A stretch of DNA of 37,325 nucleotides from an uncultured Lachnospiraceae bacterium (GTDB lineage: Bacteria; Bacillota; Clostridia; Lachnospirales; Lachnospiraceae), in the NCBI GenBank assembly GCA_902782975.1, contig CACZPF010000185.1, positions 1-37,325 of the forward strand, written 5' to 3'. Within the stretch, counting starts at the first letter, position 1. Every line of letters begins with the position of its first letter. The notes below the pieces were generated by a model. The model searched no databases and had not been told where the DNA came from. It saw only the letters and a program-made list of their open reading frames with translations. Shown piece by piece: positions 1-9,479 of the stretch. The translations under genes and the position numbers were made by a program.

Positions 1-245
1 ATAAACATCCAGGACAATTTTGCTGCTGAATCCATTCCGCTGTTAAACAGATAGATGACTCCGCACAGGGTAAACAATGCAATAAAAGCATTAAAAAAAG
101 TAAGCAGATTTCTCAGCCACCCATAGAAGCTGATCGTAATCAAGATCTGAGCAACCAGAAGCAGTACAATGACAAAAAACCTGCTGAAAATCAAATGAAG
201 CAGGCCTTTTTTTCTTGGCTCAGACAGTCTGAAAATCTCACTCAA
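1..245 (-). CDS. cls: Cardiolipin synthase-like protein, N-terminal part only (runs off the left edge of the window)
   Basis: Hand translation from TTG at 245, with AAAGGAAG RBS 7 nt upstream: LSEIFRLSEPRKKGLLHLIFSRFFVIVLLLVAQ...VIYLFNSGMDSAAKLSWMF. TM helices plus an 'AKLSW' segment typical of the clostridial Cls N-terminus. HKD catalytic motifs are not in the window. Confidence 0.6.
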   Translation of the reverse strand, partial: MSEIFRLSEPRKKGLLHLIFSRFFVIVLLLVAQILITISFYGWLRNLLTFFNAFIALFTLCGVIYLFNSGMDSAAKLSWMF

Positions 246-298
246 CTTTGCACTTCCTTTCCGGGAAAAACAGCAGGCGGTTCAGCGGAACGGGTAAT

Positions 299-326
299 CT
301 CCTCTGCGCTGCAAGGCGCAGAGGAG
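299..326. terminator. GC-rich hairpin downstream of 361..1449, possible terminator
   Basis: CTCCTCTGCGC-tgcaag-GCGCAGAGGAG, 11-bp perfect stem; no clear poly-U tail. Confidence 0.35.
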
Positions 327-360
327 GAATAAACACCATCCGCCGGAATTACGAATTCTC

Positions 361-1449
361 TTATTCCACCGCCGGTTCTTCTTCATCAGGAGTCATTTCG
401 GCAAGTCTGCTGTAGAAAAGGGTCTCCAGTTCGTCTGCAGTCCGGATCTCTCCTTCAAATTCGATACCGGCCAGTTCCGGATGATCCTTCATGTATCTTT
501 GCAGGTCAAAGATTTCCATTGCCTTCGCACTTTCGATGGTTTCTATACACTCATCAAGGGAAATTCCTACTTCATTGCACATCGCTTCGATCGACGGCAT
601 ATAGTTTTCTCCATCCTGTGCAAAAGCGGATGCGACGACCTGATAATTTCCGTCTCCATTGTTCTGATGTGAAAACAGGACTACATCTGCTGCCCCGGAT
701 ACGAACCAGAGCCTGTTTTCCTCATCCAGCCTATAATTATTCTGAGACATACAGGCAAGGGACCGGATGGGATCAACATCAAACTGATCCATGTAAATAT
801 TGTTATTAGATACGATCTGAACATCTGACGCATCGAACATGCCGGCATTATGGTCCAGTATGAAATCCTCTTCGGCTTTTCTGATAAGATTGTAAACTTC
901 GACTATTTCATCGATGGAACCAATATCATAATCCTGATCACCTATGATACGGCCAATGAGAGCGCCTGCATATTCCTTGATGGCATCGACATCGATCTCT
1001 CCGGCTTTATCTTTTACGGCGCCAGCCACTTTGCCCAGTACTTCCGAAATCTCACTGCCGGCTTCTCCGAGCTGTTCCCTGGCAGTTTCAAGCATTCCGC
1101 TTATTTCTGCCCCATCCGGGAGCACATCCTTTAGCGGGCCACCTTCCGAAAGCAGCCCTGCGACAAGACCGTTTAAGTCAGTACCTTCCGGAAGAACATC
1201 CTTAAGCGGACCATCCTCCGACAACAGTTCCGAGACAAGACCGTTTAAGTCGGTACCTTCCGGAAGAACATCCTTAAGCGGACCATCCTCTGAGAACAGA
1301 CCCGCGATCAGACCGGCAGAAGAATCTGTCCCTGCTGCCTCTTCGGCGGTACTCCCGGCAGGAGTTTGGGATACTTCTCCCGCATATACAGAAAACGCGG
1401 GAATTGTCATTACTATAAAACCTGTCAACAGCATTTTTCTCAATTTCAT
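361..1449 (-). CDS. Secreted acidic hypothetical protein with 24-aa internal repeats
   Basis: GGAGG RBS; Sec-type signal peptide (MKLRK, hydrophobic stretch, VYA); about 3 copies of SEDGPLKDVLPEGTDLNGLV; very D/E-rich. Confidence 0.8.
   Translation of the reverse strand: MKLRKMLLTGFIVMTIPAFSVYAGEVSQTPAGSTAEEAAGTDSSAGLIAGLFSEDGPLKDVLPEGTDLNGLVSELLSEDGPLKDVLPEGTDLNGLVAGLLSEGGPLKDVLPDGAEISGMLETAREQLGEAGSEISEVLGKVAGAVKDKAGEIDVDAIKEYAGALIGRIIGDQDYDIGSIDEIVEVYNLIRKAEEDFILDHNAGMFDASDVQIVSNNNIYMDQFDVDPIRSLACMSQNNYRLDEENRLWFVSGAADVVLFSHQNNGDGNYQVVASAFAQDGENYMPSIEAMCNEVGISLDECIETIESAKAMEIFDLQRYMKDHPELAGIEFEGEIRTADELETLFYSRLAEMTPDEEEPAVE
1100..1305. repeat. 72-bp coding tandem repeat, about 3 copies
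   Basis: acaagaccgtttaagtc-gtaccttccggaagaacatccttaagcggaccatcctc occurs at 1163 and 1235 (72 bp apart), with a more diverged partial copy to the left. Confidence 0.85.
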
Positions 1450-1525
1450 AAAAAACCTCCTTCCAAATTATATTATAGATGTAAAAATATCATATCAGAT
1501 TTCAGTATAATACACAAGTTAGATA

Positions 1526-1580
1526 AAGAAGAGACAGGGGATGGTTCTCTGTCTCCGAGAACCGTCCCCTGTCTCTTCTT
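1526..1580. repeat. REP-like 24-bp inverted repeat, possibly also acting as terminator
   Basis: AAGAAGAGACAGGGGATGGTTCTC-tgtctcc-GAGAACCGTCCCCTGTCTCTTCTT, 23/24 paired; abuts the stop codon of 1579..3051. Confidence 0.8.
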
Positions 1581-3051
1581 ATTCTATTCCTTCTATTTTC
1601 CAGATGAATCTGACTTTACCATCCATGCCGTCGGCAAGACCAGTGAAGGATCTATAGTTTTGTGCGAGTTCTGCCGTCGCCTTTAATGCATCGGAAATTC
1701 CTGTCGTATCCGGAAGAAGAGCCTTGATGACAGAGGTCTCCAGGGCAAGCTTCGATGCGCCGCTTTCCAGCTGTGATGCACCGGCTTTTATCTCTGAAGC
1801 TCCTTCATTTATCGAAGATGCACCGTCTGTATAAGCTTTCAGGCCGTCACAAAAATCCCGGCAGCCATCCAGCCGTTCCTTTGCCTCTGTAACCAGAGCT
1901 GCCTGACCGGCCGCAGCAGGATCCTCGGTTTTTCCGAGGTTTTCTATAATGGTGTCCAGTACCTCTCCATAGTTTTCGGCAGTCAGTTCTATTTCCGGAA
2001 TGCCGGCATTTACAAGCTGTTCCTGCACCTGAGCAAGTATGCCCTCAAATATCTGCCGGCTCCCGGCTATGAGGGTTTCGTTCTGTGCCGTCAGATCCGA
2101 GAGGCCCTGTGCCACTTTGGCTGTTCCGTCTTTTAAGGTACCTGCCCCGTCCTTCAGGGAAGATATCCCGTCCACGATCTGTCCGACACCGGTTTTGAGC
2201 ATGCCGAGTTTCGTGGAAATATCCTTAATCACAGATGTCAGATCTATTTCTTCACCGGAGAACAGTTCATTGGTTACGACCGTGTAAGTTGTGCCAAGAG
2301 TAAAATTTTCGGCATGGGCTTTTATTTCCACATAGTCCGGTATATCGTATTTCATCAGTCCGTTAAGGGAAGCATAGGCCTCTGTTTCCATATCCTGTGC
2401 GATTCCGGGTAAGGCAATACCCAGCGCTGCCAGATGATCTCCGTCGCTGATCAGCCGTCCGTTGGTAATCTCTATGTCGGACAGGACCTTTTCATTCAGC
2501 AGCAGAGCTGTTACTGCAGCAAAGGGGACATGGAATTCATAAGTTTTTCCTTTTATTTCCACTTCCTGCACCGCAGTATTCTGATAGTCGTAACGAATGG
2601 TCACTTCCCCTGATTTTCCCGCCATCTGTTCAGGCGTCATTTCTTCTCCGTCCAGGGTATAAGTCACCGTGACATTGACGGGCAGGTCCTGCTCTGTTGT
2701 ACCGCGGTAAAAAATATCATTCCCGCCGGCGTTCCAGACGATCTGGCCGCCGTCAGATGCGGTCCAGGTTTCGTCCCCCTTGAGGTTCTCTATTTCCTTT
2801 AAAATCGTTTCATCGGTGAGTATTTCTTCTCCCGCAGCATTCTTCAGCCAGTCACTGACCAGTACTTCCTGCCTGTCTCCGGCTGCATTTGCTATAACAA
2901 ATACGGTTTCTGCCTTTTCTGTTTTTTCTGCTTTTCCCGCCGCATAACAGGTCAGAGCCGGCTGGGTCATCATAATGGCGGCAGCCAGCATTGCGATTCC
3001 TGCATATCCGCCTTGTTTTCTTATTCTTCTGAAATCAGATCTCTTAATCAT
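1579..3051 (-). CDS. Exported YhgE/Pip-like protein with X-X-X-Leu-X-X-Gly heptad repeats (MMPL partner)
   Basis: Signal peptide; ETVFVIANAAG...VSDWLKN N-terminal segment; LKDGAGTLKDGTAKVAQG and INEGASEIKAGASQLESG heptads; C-terminal YRSFTG..DGKVRFIWKIE; directly downstream of the MMPL gene. Confidence 0.75.
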   Translation of the reverse strand: MIKRSDFRRIRKQGGYAGIAMLAAAIMMTQPALTCYAAGKAEKTEKAETVFVIANAAGDRQEVLVSDWLKNAAGEEILTDETILKEIENLKGDETWTASDGGQIVWNAGGNDIFYRGTTEQDLPVNVTVTYTLDGEEMTPEQMAGKSGEVTIRYDYQNTAVQEVEIKGKTYEFHVPFAAVTALLLNEKVLSDIEITNGRLISDGDHLAALGIALPGIAQDMETEAYASLNGLMKYDIPDYVEIKAHAENFTLGTTYTVVTNELFSGEEIDLTSVIKDISTKLGMLKTGVGQIVDGISSLKDGAGTLKDGTAKVAQGLSDLTAQNETLIAGSRQIFEGILAQVQEQLVNAGIPEIELTAENYGEVLDTIIENLGKTEDPAAAGQAALVTEAKERLDGCRDFCDGLKAYTDGASSINEGASEIKAGASQLESGASKLALETSVIKALLPDTTGISDALKATAELAQNYRSFTGLADGMDGKVRFIWKIEGIE

Positions 3052-3086
3052 GATATTGTCTCCTTTTCCCTATTTGACAAACGCAT

Positions 3087-5228
3087 TTAGCATTTTTTCA
3101 TCTTTCTGGTCGTTGCCCTGATCACCCTGTCGAAGAACATGAGGAATGGTGGAAGCAGCAGGATCACACATACCATACTGACCAGCGCTCCACGTGCCAT
3201 CAGCATGCACATCGACTTAATAATATCAATGTTCGAATAAACAGCTACGCCAAAGGTTGCGGCAAACAGTCCCATACCGCTGGTGATAATGGACGGCATA
3301 CTTGATGCGAGGGCGGTTCTTACCGCGTCTTCCTTCGACTTTCCGCTCTTCCTTTCCGTCTTATACCGCGTCGTCATAAGGATGGCATAATCCACGGTGG
3401 CGCCAAGCTGAATGGTACTGATGCAGATCGGTGCAATAAACGGAAGCGACTTGCCCATGAAATGTGCAAGGCCCAGATTGATAAAAATAGCCAGTTCGAT
3501 TACACTGATCAGAATCACCGGCAGAGACAGACTCTGTTCGACCAGCAGGATAATGATAAAGATCGCGATGATGGAAACAGCATTGACCACCTGGAAATCA
3601 TGACCTGTGGTTTCGATCATATCCTTCATGCAGGGAGCTTCACCGATCAGCAATCCCCTGGGATCGTACTTTTTAAGAACCGTGTTCAGCTCATCCACTT
3701 GTTGATTGACCTCGTCGCTGGCCACTTTATATTCGGAACTGACCATCATCAGCTCCCATTTGCCGCTTCTCAACATCTCCAGAATTTCATCTGGCAGCAT
3801 TTCCTCCGGAATTTCTGTTCCAAGCAGGGTTTCAAGACCAAGAACATATTTCACGCCGTCCACCTGATCCATCTCGGAGATCATATTCCGCCTGTCCTTC
3901 TCGGAAAGCGATGCATCTGTCAGAACCATGTGCGTAGAAGCGATATCAAAATCCTCAGCAAGTTTATTCTTGGCGGTTACGTATTCAATATAATCCGGAA
4001 GACAATCTCCCATGTCATAATAGACTTCCTGATTTGTTTTATGATATCCGTAGATACCGGGAATCAGAGCGATGATAAACAGGACGATAAACACCGGATA
4101 GATACGCATCAGTCCTGATGAGAACCTGTTCATCGAAGGAATCAGCGGTTTATGCCTTGTCTTCTGCAGCGGTTTATCCAGTACCAGGATCATGGCAGGC
4201 AGTACCGTGACACTTCCCAGTACGCCAAAGAGAACACCCTTCGCCATTACGATCCCAAGATCCCGTCCCAGGGTAAAGCTCATAAAGCAGAGAGCGATAA
4301 ATCCGGCGATTGTCGTTACAGAACTGCCGATCACCGACAGCAGTGTGTCATGGATCGCCAGAACCATGGCCTCTCCTCTCTCTTCCTTTGTAAGAGATGG
4401 TGCAGAATGCCTTTTTCCAGAACCTGTTTTCTCCTCGTACGGCACGCCTGACGCAGACAGTACACTGCTTCTGTGCTCATTGTAGCTCTGCCACAGAAAG
4501 ATCGAGTAGTCCATGGTGACAGCCAGCTGAAGCACTGCAGAAAGGGCCTTGGTAATGTAGGAAATTTCTCCCAGGAAGAAGTTGCTTCCAAGATTCAGCA
4601 GGATCATCATTCCGATCGCTGCCAGGAATACGAACGGTACCAGCCAGCTGTCCAGAAAAAGCAGCATGGCGGCCGTGGCACAGGCAACAGCCAGCGCTAC
4701 GTAGATCGGCTCCTCTTTTTCACACAGATCTTTCAGATCCGTCACCAGTGCGGAAAGGCCGGATACAAAGCACTGTTTCCCGGCGACAGCACGTATTTTT
4801 CTCACTGCGTCCATGGTTTCATCTGCTGATGTGGCACTGTCAAAAAATACTGCCATGGCCGTAGAATGATCTGTATTGAATCCTTTGTAGAGCCTGTCCG
4901 GCAGCATTTCTTTAGGAATGGAAAGATCTCCCAGTGATGAATACCAGAGAACACTGTCTACATGGGGTACTTCGCGGATCCTGTCTGTCAGAGCGGCCGT
5001 TTCTTTATCCGTCATATTTTCGACGATGATAATGGAGAAGGCACCCTTGCCGAATTCTTCCAGAAGCTCTTCCTGTCCGATGACCGTATCCATATCCTTC
5101 GGCAGATAATTCAGCATATCGTAATTGACTCTTGTATTCACCATCCCCAGAAACGCCGGGATCATCAGGAGCAGCATGATGATCAGTATAGGTATTCGCC
5201 ACTTTACAACTTTTCTCGAAAATACCAT
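3087..5228 (-). CDS. MMPL/RND-family membrane transporter
   Basis: Two-fold repeated TM architecture with LQLAVTMDYSIFL and IQLGATVDYAILM motifs, plus S..TTIAGF; AGGAGG RBS. Confidence 0.9.
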   Translation of the reverse strand: MVFSRKVVKWRIPILIIMLLLMIPAFLGMVNTRVNYDMLNYLPKDMDTVIGQEELLEEFGKGAFSIIIVENMTDKETAALTDRIREVPHVDSVLWYSSLGDLSIPKEMLPDRLYKGFNTDHSTAMAVFFDSATSADETMDAVRKIRAVAGKQCFVSGLSALVTDLKDLCEKEEPIYVALAVACATAAMLLFLDSWLVPFVFLAAIGMMILLNLGSNFFLGEISYITKALSAVLQLAVTMDYSIFLWQSYNEHRSSVLSASGVPYEEKTGSGKRHSAPSLTKEERGEAMVLAIHDTLLSVIGSSVTTIAGFIALCFMSFTLGRDLGIVMAKGVLFGVLGSVTVLPAMILVLDKPLQKTRHKPLIPSMNRFSSGLMRIYPVFIVLFIIALIPGIYGYHKTNQEVYYDMGDCLPDYIEYVTAKNKLAEDFDIASTHMVLTDASLSEKDRRNMISEMDQVDGVKYVLGLETLLGTEIPEEMLPDEILEMLRSGKWELMMVSSEYKVASDEVNQQVDELNTVLKKYDPRGLLIGEAPCMKDMIETTGHDFQVVNAVSIIAIFIIILLVEQSLSLPVILISVIELAIFINLGLAHFMGKSLPFIAPICISTIQLGATVDYAILMTTRYKTERKSGKSKEDAVRTALASSMPSIITSGMGLFAATFGVAVYSNIDIIKSMCMLMARGALVSMVCVILLLPPFLMFFDRVIRATTRKMKKC

Positions 5229-5253
5229 TTTTATATTCCTCCTACCTCTGTTG

Positions 5254-5280
5254 TTAGCACTCGTCGATAAGGAGTGTTAA
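5254..5280. promoter_or_regulatory. CIRCE element (HrcA operator)
   Basis: TTAGCACTC-gtcgataag-GAGTGTTAA, 17/18 match to TTAGCACTC-N9-GAGTGCTAA with an exact 9-nt spacer, 25 nt upstream of the MMPL ATG. Confidence 0.8.
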
Positions 5281-5313
5281 TATCTATGTGGACAATCTAC
5301 TAACTTTTCGGCC

Positions 5314-5347
5314 AAAAGAAAATGGGCAATCACCGAGTGATTGCCCA
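5314..5347 (-). terminator. Rho-independent terminator after tetR
   Basis: TGGGCAATCAC-N3-GTGATTGCCCA perfect 11-bp stem (5323-5347), followed on the minus strand by TTTTCTTTT. Confidence 0.7.
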
Positions 5348-5460
5348 AAAACTGGTCATTTTATATGATTTGCCTAAAAATCTGCTGATCCTGCAGACGA
5401 CGTAATAAAAACAGCATTGTCCTGCCGGACCTGTACCGTAAACAGAATACCTCCAGACAT

Positions 5461-5997
5461 CTACCCCTTCATCGCAAGCCGCTGGCAGATTTCGAGGAGC
5501 TGCTTTGCTTCACCGATTGCTTCCGGCGGCATTCCACGATTCATCCAGTCAATGCAGGCCCCGTACAGTTCATAGCAGATGAAGCGCAGGTTCAGATCCT
5601 TTCTGGCTTCGTCATAAGGAATTTCAGCATACGCTCTGTTGAACCAGGCCGTAACGGAATGCTCGCAGATCCGCATCAGATACTGTTCAAATACCTCCCG
5701 GTTTAAAGAATAATATATGTGGTTGATGGATCTTTTGTTCTCCACGATAAAATGAAATGCGACATCCACACATTCTCCCAGAGAAGATATATCAGGATAA
5801 GCCTCGATCAGGCTGTTGGTCTGATCCAGGACAACCTTCTCCATCAGCTGGGGAATATCGTGAAAATGATAATAGAAGGAATTTCTGTTGATGCCGCAGT
5901 CGTCCGTAATATCCTTTACGGAAATTCTCGAAAGCGGCCGTTCGGTAAGTAGCTTTAAAAAAGAAGCCTTGATGGCCTGTTCTGTCAGGTTTGACAT
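5461..5997 (-). CDS. TetR/AcrR-family transcriptional regulator
   Basis: N-terminal HTH ISVKDITDDCGINRNSFYYHF. Confidence 0.92.
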   Translation of the reverse strand: MSNLTEQAIKASFLKLLTERPLSRISVKDITDDCGINRNSFYYHFHDIPQLMEKVVLDQTNSLIEAYPDISSLGECVDVAFHFIVENKRSINHIYYSLNREVFEQYLMRICEHSVTAWFNRAYAEIPYDEARKDLNLRFICYELYGACIDWMNRGMPPEAIGEAKQLLEICQRLAMKG

Positions 5998-6019
5998 TAC
6001 ATCCTCTTTTCCCGGTCAG

Positions 6020-6052
6020 GAAGGAGACAGGGGACGGTTCTGTGTCTCCTTC
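6020..6052. repeat. Second REP-like palindrome, same family as 1526-1580
   Basis: GAAGGAGACAGGGGACGGTTCTGTGTCTCCTTC shares GAGACAGGGGACGGTTCT with the 1526-1580 element and folds into a hairpin. Confidence 0.75.
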
Positions 6053-6054
6053 TC

Positions 6055-6780
6055 TTAATCAATTCCGCGGATCTCTACCAGTTCTATTGTTTCCCGCAGG
6101 ATCTGTGCAAATTGTTCCAGCTCTTCTCTCGAATAACTGCTGAAGACGGGCAGGATCACATTGTCCGACTCCCTGTAGGCCTGCAGATAATAGGCTTTGG
6201 CTCCTTTGAGCCACCGGCCGATTTCGCGGAAGTCTTTTTCTGTGTGCAGTTCCCGTACAACAGTGGTACGAAATTCATAATCGATCAGGCCCTGCATCAA
6301 AAAGTCTGCTGTTTCAAATACCGGCTCCAGACGCTTTTTAAATATGGCTTCCGTCTGATCAGCAGGCTCCGTCCAGCCTGCAAGGCGTGGATAATTGTCC
6401 GGAGCTGCCTTGATGTCCATGGCAACTTTCTGCACCAGTCCTTCTTCTGCCAGGTGCCTTATCATGGCAGGATTCGTGCCGTTGGTATCCAGTTTGATAT
6501 CATACCCCAGATCTTTTATTTTATGTAGAAAATCCGGCAGTTCAGAATACAGTGTCGGCTCACCCCCAGTGACAGCCACTCCGTCCAGAATGCCCTGCCT
6601 TTTTTTCAGGAAGGCGAAGATCTCCTCCTGCGGGATCTCCGGTTCTTCCATCGGTGTCAGGACAAGACTTCCGTTCTGACAAAAGGGGCACCTGTAATTG
6701 CAGCCGCCAATAAAGATTGTACAGGCGACTCTTCCGGGATAATCCAGAAGCGTCATTTTATTTAATCCACAAATTCTCAT
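6055..6780 (-). CDS. nrdG: Anaerobic ribonucleotide reductase activating protein (radical SAM, NrdG2 type)
   Basis: TLLDYPG..ACTIF.GGCNYRCPFCQN (CxxxCxxC), VTGGEPTL, KLDTNG, YEFRTTVV. Confidence 0.88.
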   Translation of the reverse strand: MRICGLNKMTLLDYPGRVACTIFIGGCNYRCPFCQNGSLVLTPMEEPEIPQEEIFAFLKKRQGILDGVAVTGGEPTLYSELPDFLHKIKDLGYDIKLDTNGTNPAMIRHLAEEGLVQKVAMDIKAAPDNYPRLAGWTEPADQTEAIFKKRLEPVFETADFLMQGLIDYEFRTTVVRELHTEKDFREIGRWLKGAKAYYLQAYRESDNVILPVFSSYSREELEQFAQILRETIELVEIRGID

Positions 6781-6859
6781 ACTTGTTATACATGACCTCC
6801 CGTGACTAATGCGTATAAAAGCGATACCTCATGACTTTCCTTCGTTCCCGCCATGCTCC

Positions 6860-8230
6860 TCATTCATGCGCATTTGCCGCACCTTTAATTTTTTTGATCC
6901 ATTTCCCGCTTCTCAGCCGGAAAAGGCACCAGATGGCTTTAATGAACTGATCGATCTTCAGCATGATATAGATCCAGAATGCACTCCAATGCCAGACCAG
7001 ACCCGCCATCGCGCCAAGCGGTATGCTTACACACCAGAGAAAAAGAATGTCCGCCACCATGAGGAAGCGCGTATCCCCGCCTCCCCGCAGAACTCCTTTT
7101 GTCAGGATATTGTTCAGGGCGAGAAAGATTACCGTGATCGCCACCGCGTCCATCAGTTCGTAGGCAAGCTTCTGTGTTTCCGGCGTAATGTTATAGGCAT
7201 GAATGATCGGACCACGCAGCAGCAGAATCAGGACACATCCGGTAAGACCTACGATCAGGCCGATCGCGGCAAAGGTGATCCCCTGCTGCTGGGCTTTTTT
7301 GACGTCTCCGTTGCCGAGGGTAATGCCTGTTACCGCACAGCTCGCCTGCGAGATGCCCTGCAGTACGATGGTCGAAAGCTGCTGGGTTACCATGGTGATG
7401 GAATTGGCCGCTACAAAAGCGGATCCGATATGCCCCATGACCACAGATACCGCACTGATCCCGATTCCCAGAAGAGTGTCGCTTATCAGCACAGGAATAC
7501 TGATCCGGACATACTCTCCCGTCAGGTCTGCACATTTCATCCGAAGGTCGCGAAGGCGCATCCGGATCCTTTCTTCTTTAAAAAAGAAATATCCCATCGT
7601 CACGGTAAATTCCACAACCCGGGCAATCAGTGTTCCAAGAGCCGCTCCTCTTGCTTCCAGCCTGGGAGCTCCCAGATGACCGAAAATAAATACCCAGTTA
7701 AAAAAAATGTTAATGAAAAATGAGCAGACAGACGCCAGCAAAGGAATATTGGCTTTTCCCACACTCCTTAGCACAAGACTTGTTGTTAACGTGCTTCCAT
7801 GCAGGAAAAAACAGGGAAGCGATACAAGAAGATATCCGCTTCCTGCCAGAATGACCAGTTCCTCTGTGCTGTAAATATGCATGATCTGCCTTGCACCGAG
7901 TGCGGTGCAGACAAAAAAGAGGCTGGCGATCGAAAGTGTCAGCCGATACATGATGTTGATCGCCTTTTTCAGGCTCACCATATCTTTCATTCCCCAGAAC
8001 CGGCTGGTAAGTACGCTGGCCCCCATGCCAAGTCCCATGCAGCAGATCTGGAAAATGTTGATAAAGTTATTGGCAAGGGTAGCCCCGCTCATGGATACCT
8101 CTCCCAGCTGCCCAAGCATTATATTATCAGCCATATTCACACCAACAGTGATTAATGACTGCGCTGCAACAGGTATGGCGATCCCTGCGGTCAGCCTGTA
8201 AAACTCTTTATCTCTGACAAATATTTTCAT
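6860..8230 (-). CDS. MATE-family efflux transporter
   Basis: 456 aa, roughly 12 TM; NMADNIMLGQLG, GAALGTLIAR, LRGGGDT motifs. Confidence 0.92.
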   Translation of the reverse strand: MKIFVRDKEFYRLTAGIAIPVAAQSLITVGVNMADNIMLGQLGEVSMSGATLANNFINIFQICCMGLGMGASVLTSRFWGMKDMVSLKKAINIMYRLTLSIASLFFVCTALGARQIMHIYSTEELVILAGSGYLLVSLPCFFLHGSTLTTSLVLRSVGKANIPLLASVCSFFINIFFNWVFIFGHLGAPRLEARGAALGTLIARVVEFTVTMGYFFFKEERIRMRLRDLRMKCADLTGEYVRISIPVLISDTLLGIGISAVSVVMGHIGSAFVAANSITMVTQQLSTIVLQGISQASCAVTGITLGNGDVKKAQQQGITFAAIGLIVGLTGCVLILLLRGPIIHAYNITPETQKLAYELMDAVAITVIFLALNNILTKGVLRGGGDTRFLMVADILFLWCVSIPLGAMAGLVWHWSAFWIYIMLKIDQFIKAIWCLFRLRSGKWIKKIKGAANAHE

Positions 8231-8421
8231 AATAGGTTCCTGCTCGATATGTTTCTGCTTCGCAAAAGAGAATCATGGTGTATTACCGGTATCGCTTGAC
8301 ACCGGATCGTTTTCTTTTTTATAATACCTGTACTGCTTTTATTCCGGCTGCTGCGGAACTCCGCCTCGGATGCGTTCCGCAATTGCCTGGCTGTTTTTAT
8401 CATCTGAAGGGGGAATCCGGT

Positions 8422-8970
8422 ATGACAGATCAGGAACGTTTTATGAAAGAAGCGATCCGTCAGGCTAAAAAAGCCCTGAAACTTGCGGAGGTTCCGATCG
8501 GATGCGTGATCGTCTGTGACGGAAAGATCATCGCCCGGGGCTATAACAGAAGAAATACAGATAAGAACACACTCTCCCACGCAGAGCTCAATGCGATCCG
8601 CAAAGCCAGCCGTGTTATGGGAGACTGGCGCCTGGAAGGCTGTACCATGTATGTAACGCTGGAGCCCTGTCAGATGTGCGCCGGTGCACTGGTCCAGTCA
8701 CGGATCGACGAGGTAGTGATCGGCTGTATGAATCCCAAAGCCGGCTGTGCAGGATCTGTTCTGAATCTCCTCGATATGCCAGGTTTTAATCATCAGGTGA
8801 AGATCACCAAAGGTGTTCTTGAAGAAGAGTGCTCCTCCATGCTCTCTGCCTTTTTTAAAGAGCTGAGAGTCCGGAAAAATCTGCAGAAGAAAATATCTCC
8901 CTCTGCGGCTTCTCAGTCAGACGAGACGGCAAGCGGGGATCCTTCGGGTTCTTCAGGCACTGCATCCTGA
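8422..8970 (+). CDS. tadA: tRNA adenosine(34) deaminase
   Basis: EVPIGCVIV, HAE, TLEPCQMCAGA zinc motifs; start moved to ATG 8422 (MTDQERFMKEA) behind GAAGGGGG RBS. Confidence 0.93.
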   Translation: MTDQERFMKEAIRQAKKALKLAEVPIGCVIVCDGKIIARGYNRRNTDKNTLSHAELNAIRKASRVMGDWRLEGCTMYVTLEPCQMCAGALVQSRIDEVVIGCMNPKAGCAGSVLNLLDMPGFNHQVKITKGVLEEECSSMLSAFFKELRVRKNLQKKISPSAASQSDETASGDPSGSSGTAS

Positions 8971-9452
8971 TTGACAATTTCCCGGTGGGACTCCTCGGGG
9001 CCTTCGGTTTCGTCTTCTTGATTGACAATTTCCCGGTAGATGACTGCCTCCTCAAGGGTTGCTCTGCCCATCCGTTCCATCTTTGTAATGCCTGAAAGCA
9101 CAGGCGGATCATCCTGAGAAAATTCCTGTTTTCCGTAGATCCGGACCTCGTCCCCTTCTTCCAGTATGTCACCGGCGATCAGTTTGCCGTTCCGGTTGTA
9201 GATGCCTTCGACCGGGACATCTGCTTTAAATACCTGTTCAGTCTTCATATCTACATAAACACCTGTTTTCAGGACATCCCCCTGATATATGTAGATCGCC
9301 TCTATGGCATTTTGTTTTTCTTTTGCTTCTTCTTCTTTAACAAGAGCGGCCTGCTGTACGACTGTTCTCCAGAAAAAGGCAGTCATGACAGCCAGCACCG
9401 CCACAAGTATGACGGTTCCTGCAATAAATTTCCAGTCTCTGTTTTTTTCCAT
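8913..9452 (-). CDS. Hypothetical protein with single N-terminal membrane anchor
   Basis: AAGGGGG RBS-like sequence upstream, one TM helix, acidic tail; 3' end overlaps tadA by 58 bp. Confidence 0.7.
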   Translation of the reverse strand: MEKNRDWKFIAGTVILVAVLAVMTAFFWRTVVQQAALVKEEEAKEKQNAIEAIYIYQGDVLKTGVYVDMKTEQVFKADVPVEGIYNRNGKLIAGDILEEGDEVRIYGKQEFSQDDPPVLSGITKMERMGRATLEEAVIYREIVNQEDETEGPEESHREIVNQDAVPEEPEGSPLAVSSD

Positions 9453-9479
9453 GAAACGCTTCCCTATAATCCCCTTTTG

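Noticed and set aside
6055-6780. nrdG without adjacent nrdD as a sign of a new radical SAM function
   Set aside because: The sequence is a typical NrdG2-type activase, and nrdD may simply lie elsewhere in the genome.
8275-8421. Longer ORF-track starts for tadA (8275), the vWA protein (18109), M50 (24121) and the phosphoesterase (9962)
   Set aside because: Downstream ATGs have better RBSs and match the expected family N-termini.
8913-9037. 58-bp convergent overlap of tadA with a membrane-protein gene, and an 18-bp direct repeat (REIVNQ twice)
   Set aside because: Both tails are low-complexity extensions, most simply explained by a small local duplication; no evidence of function.
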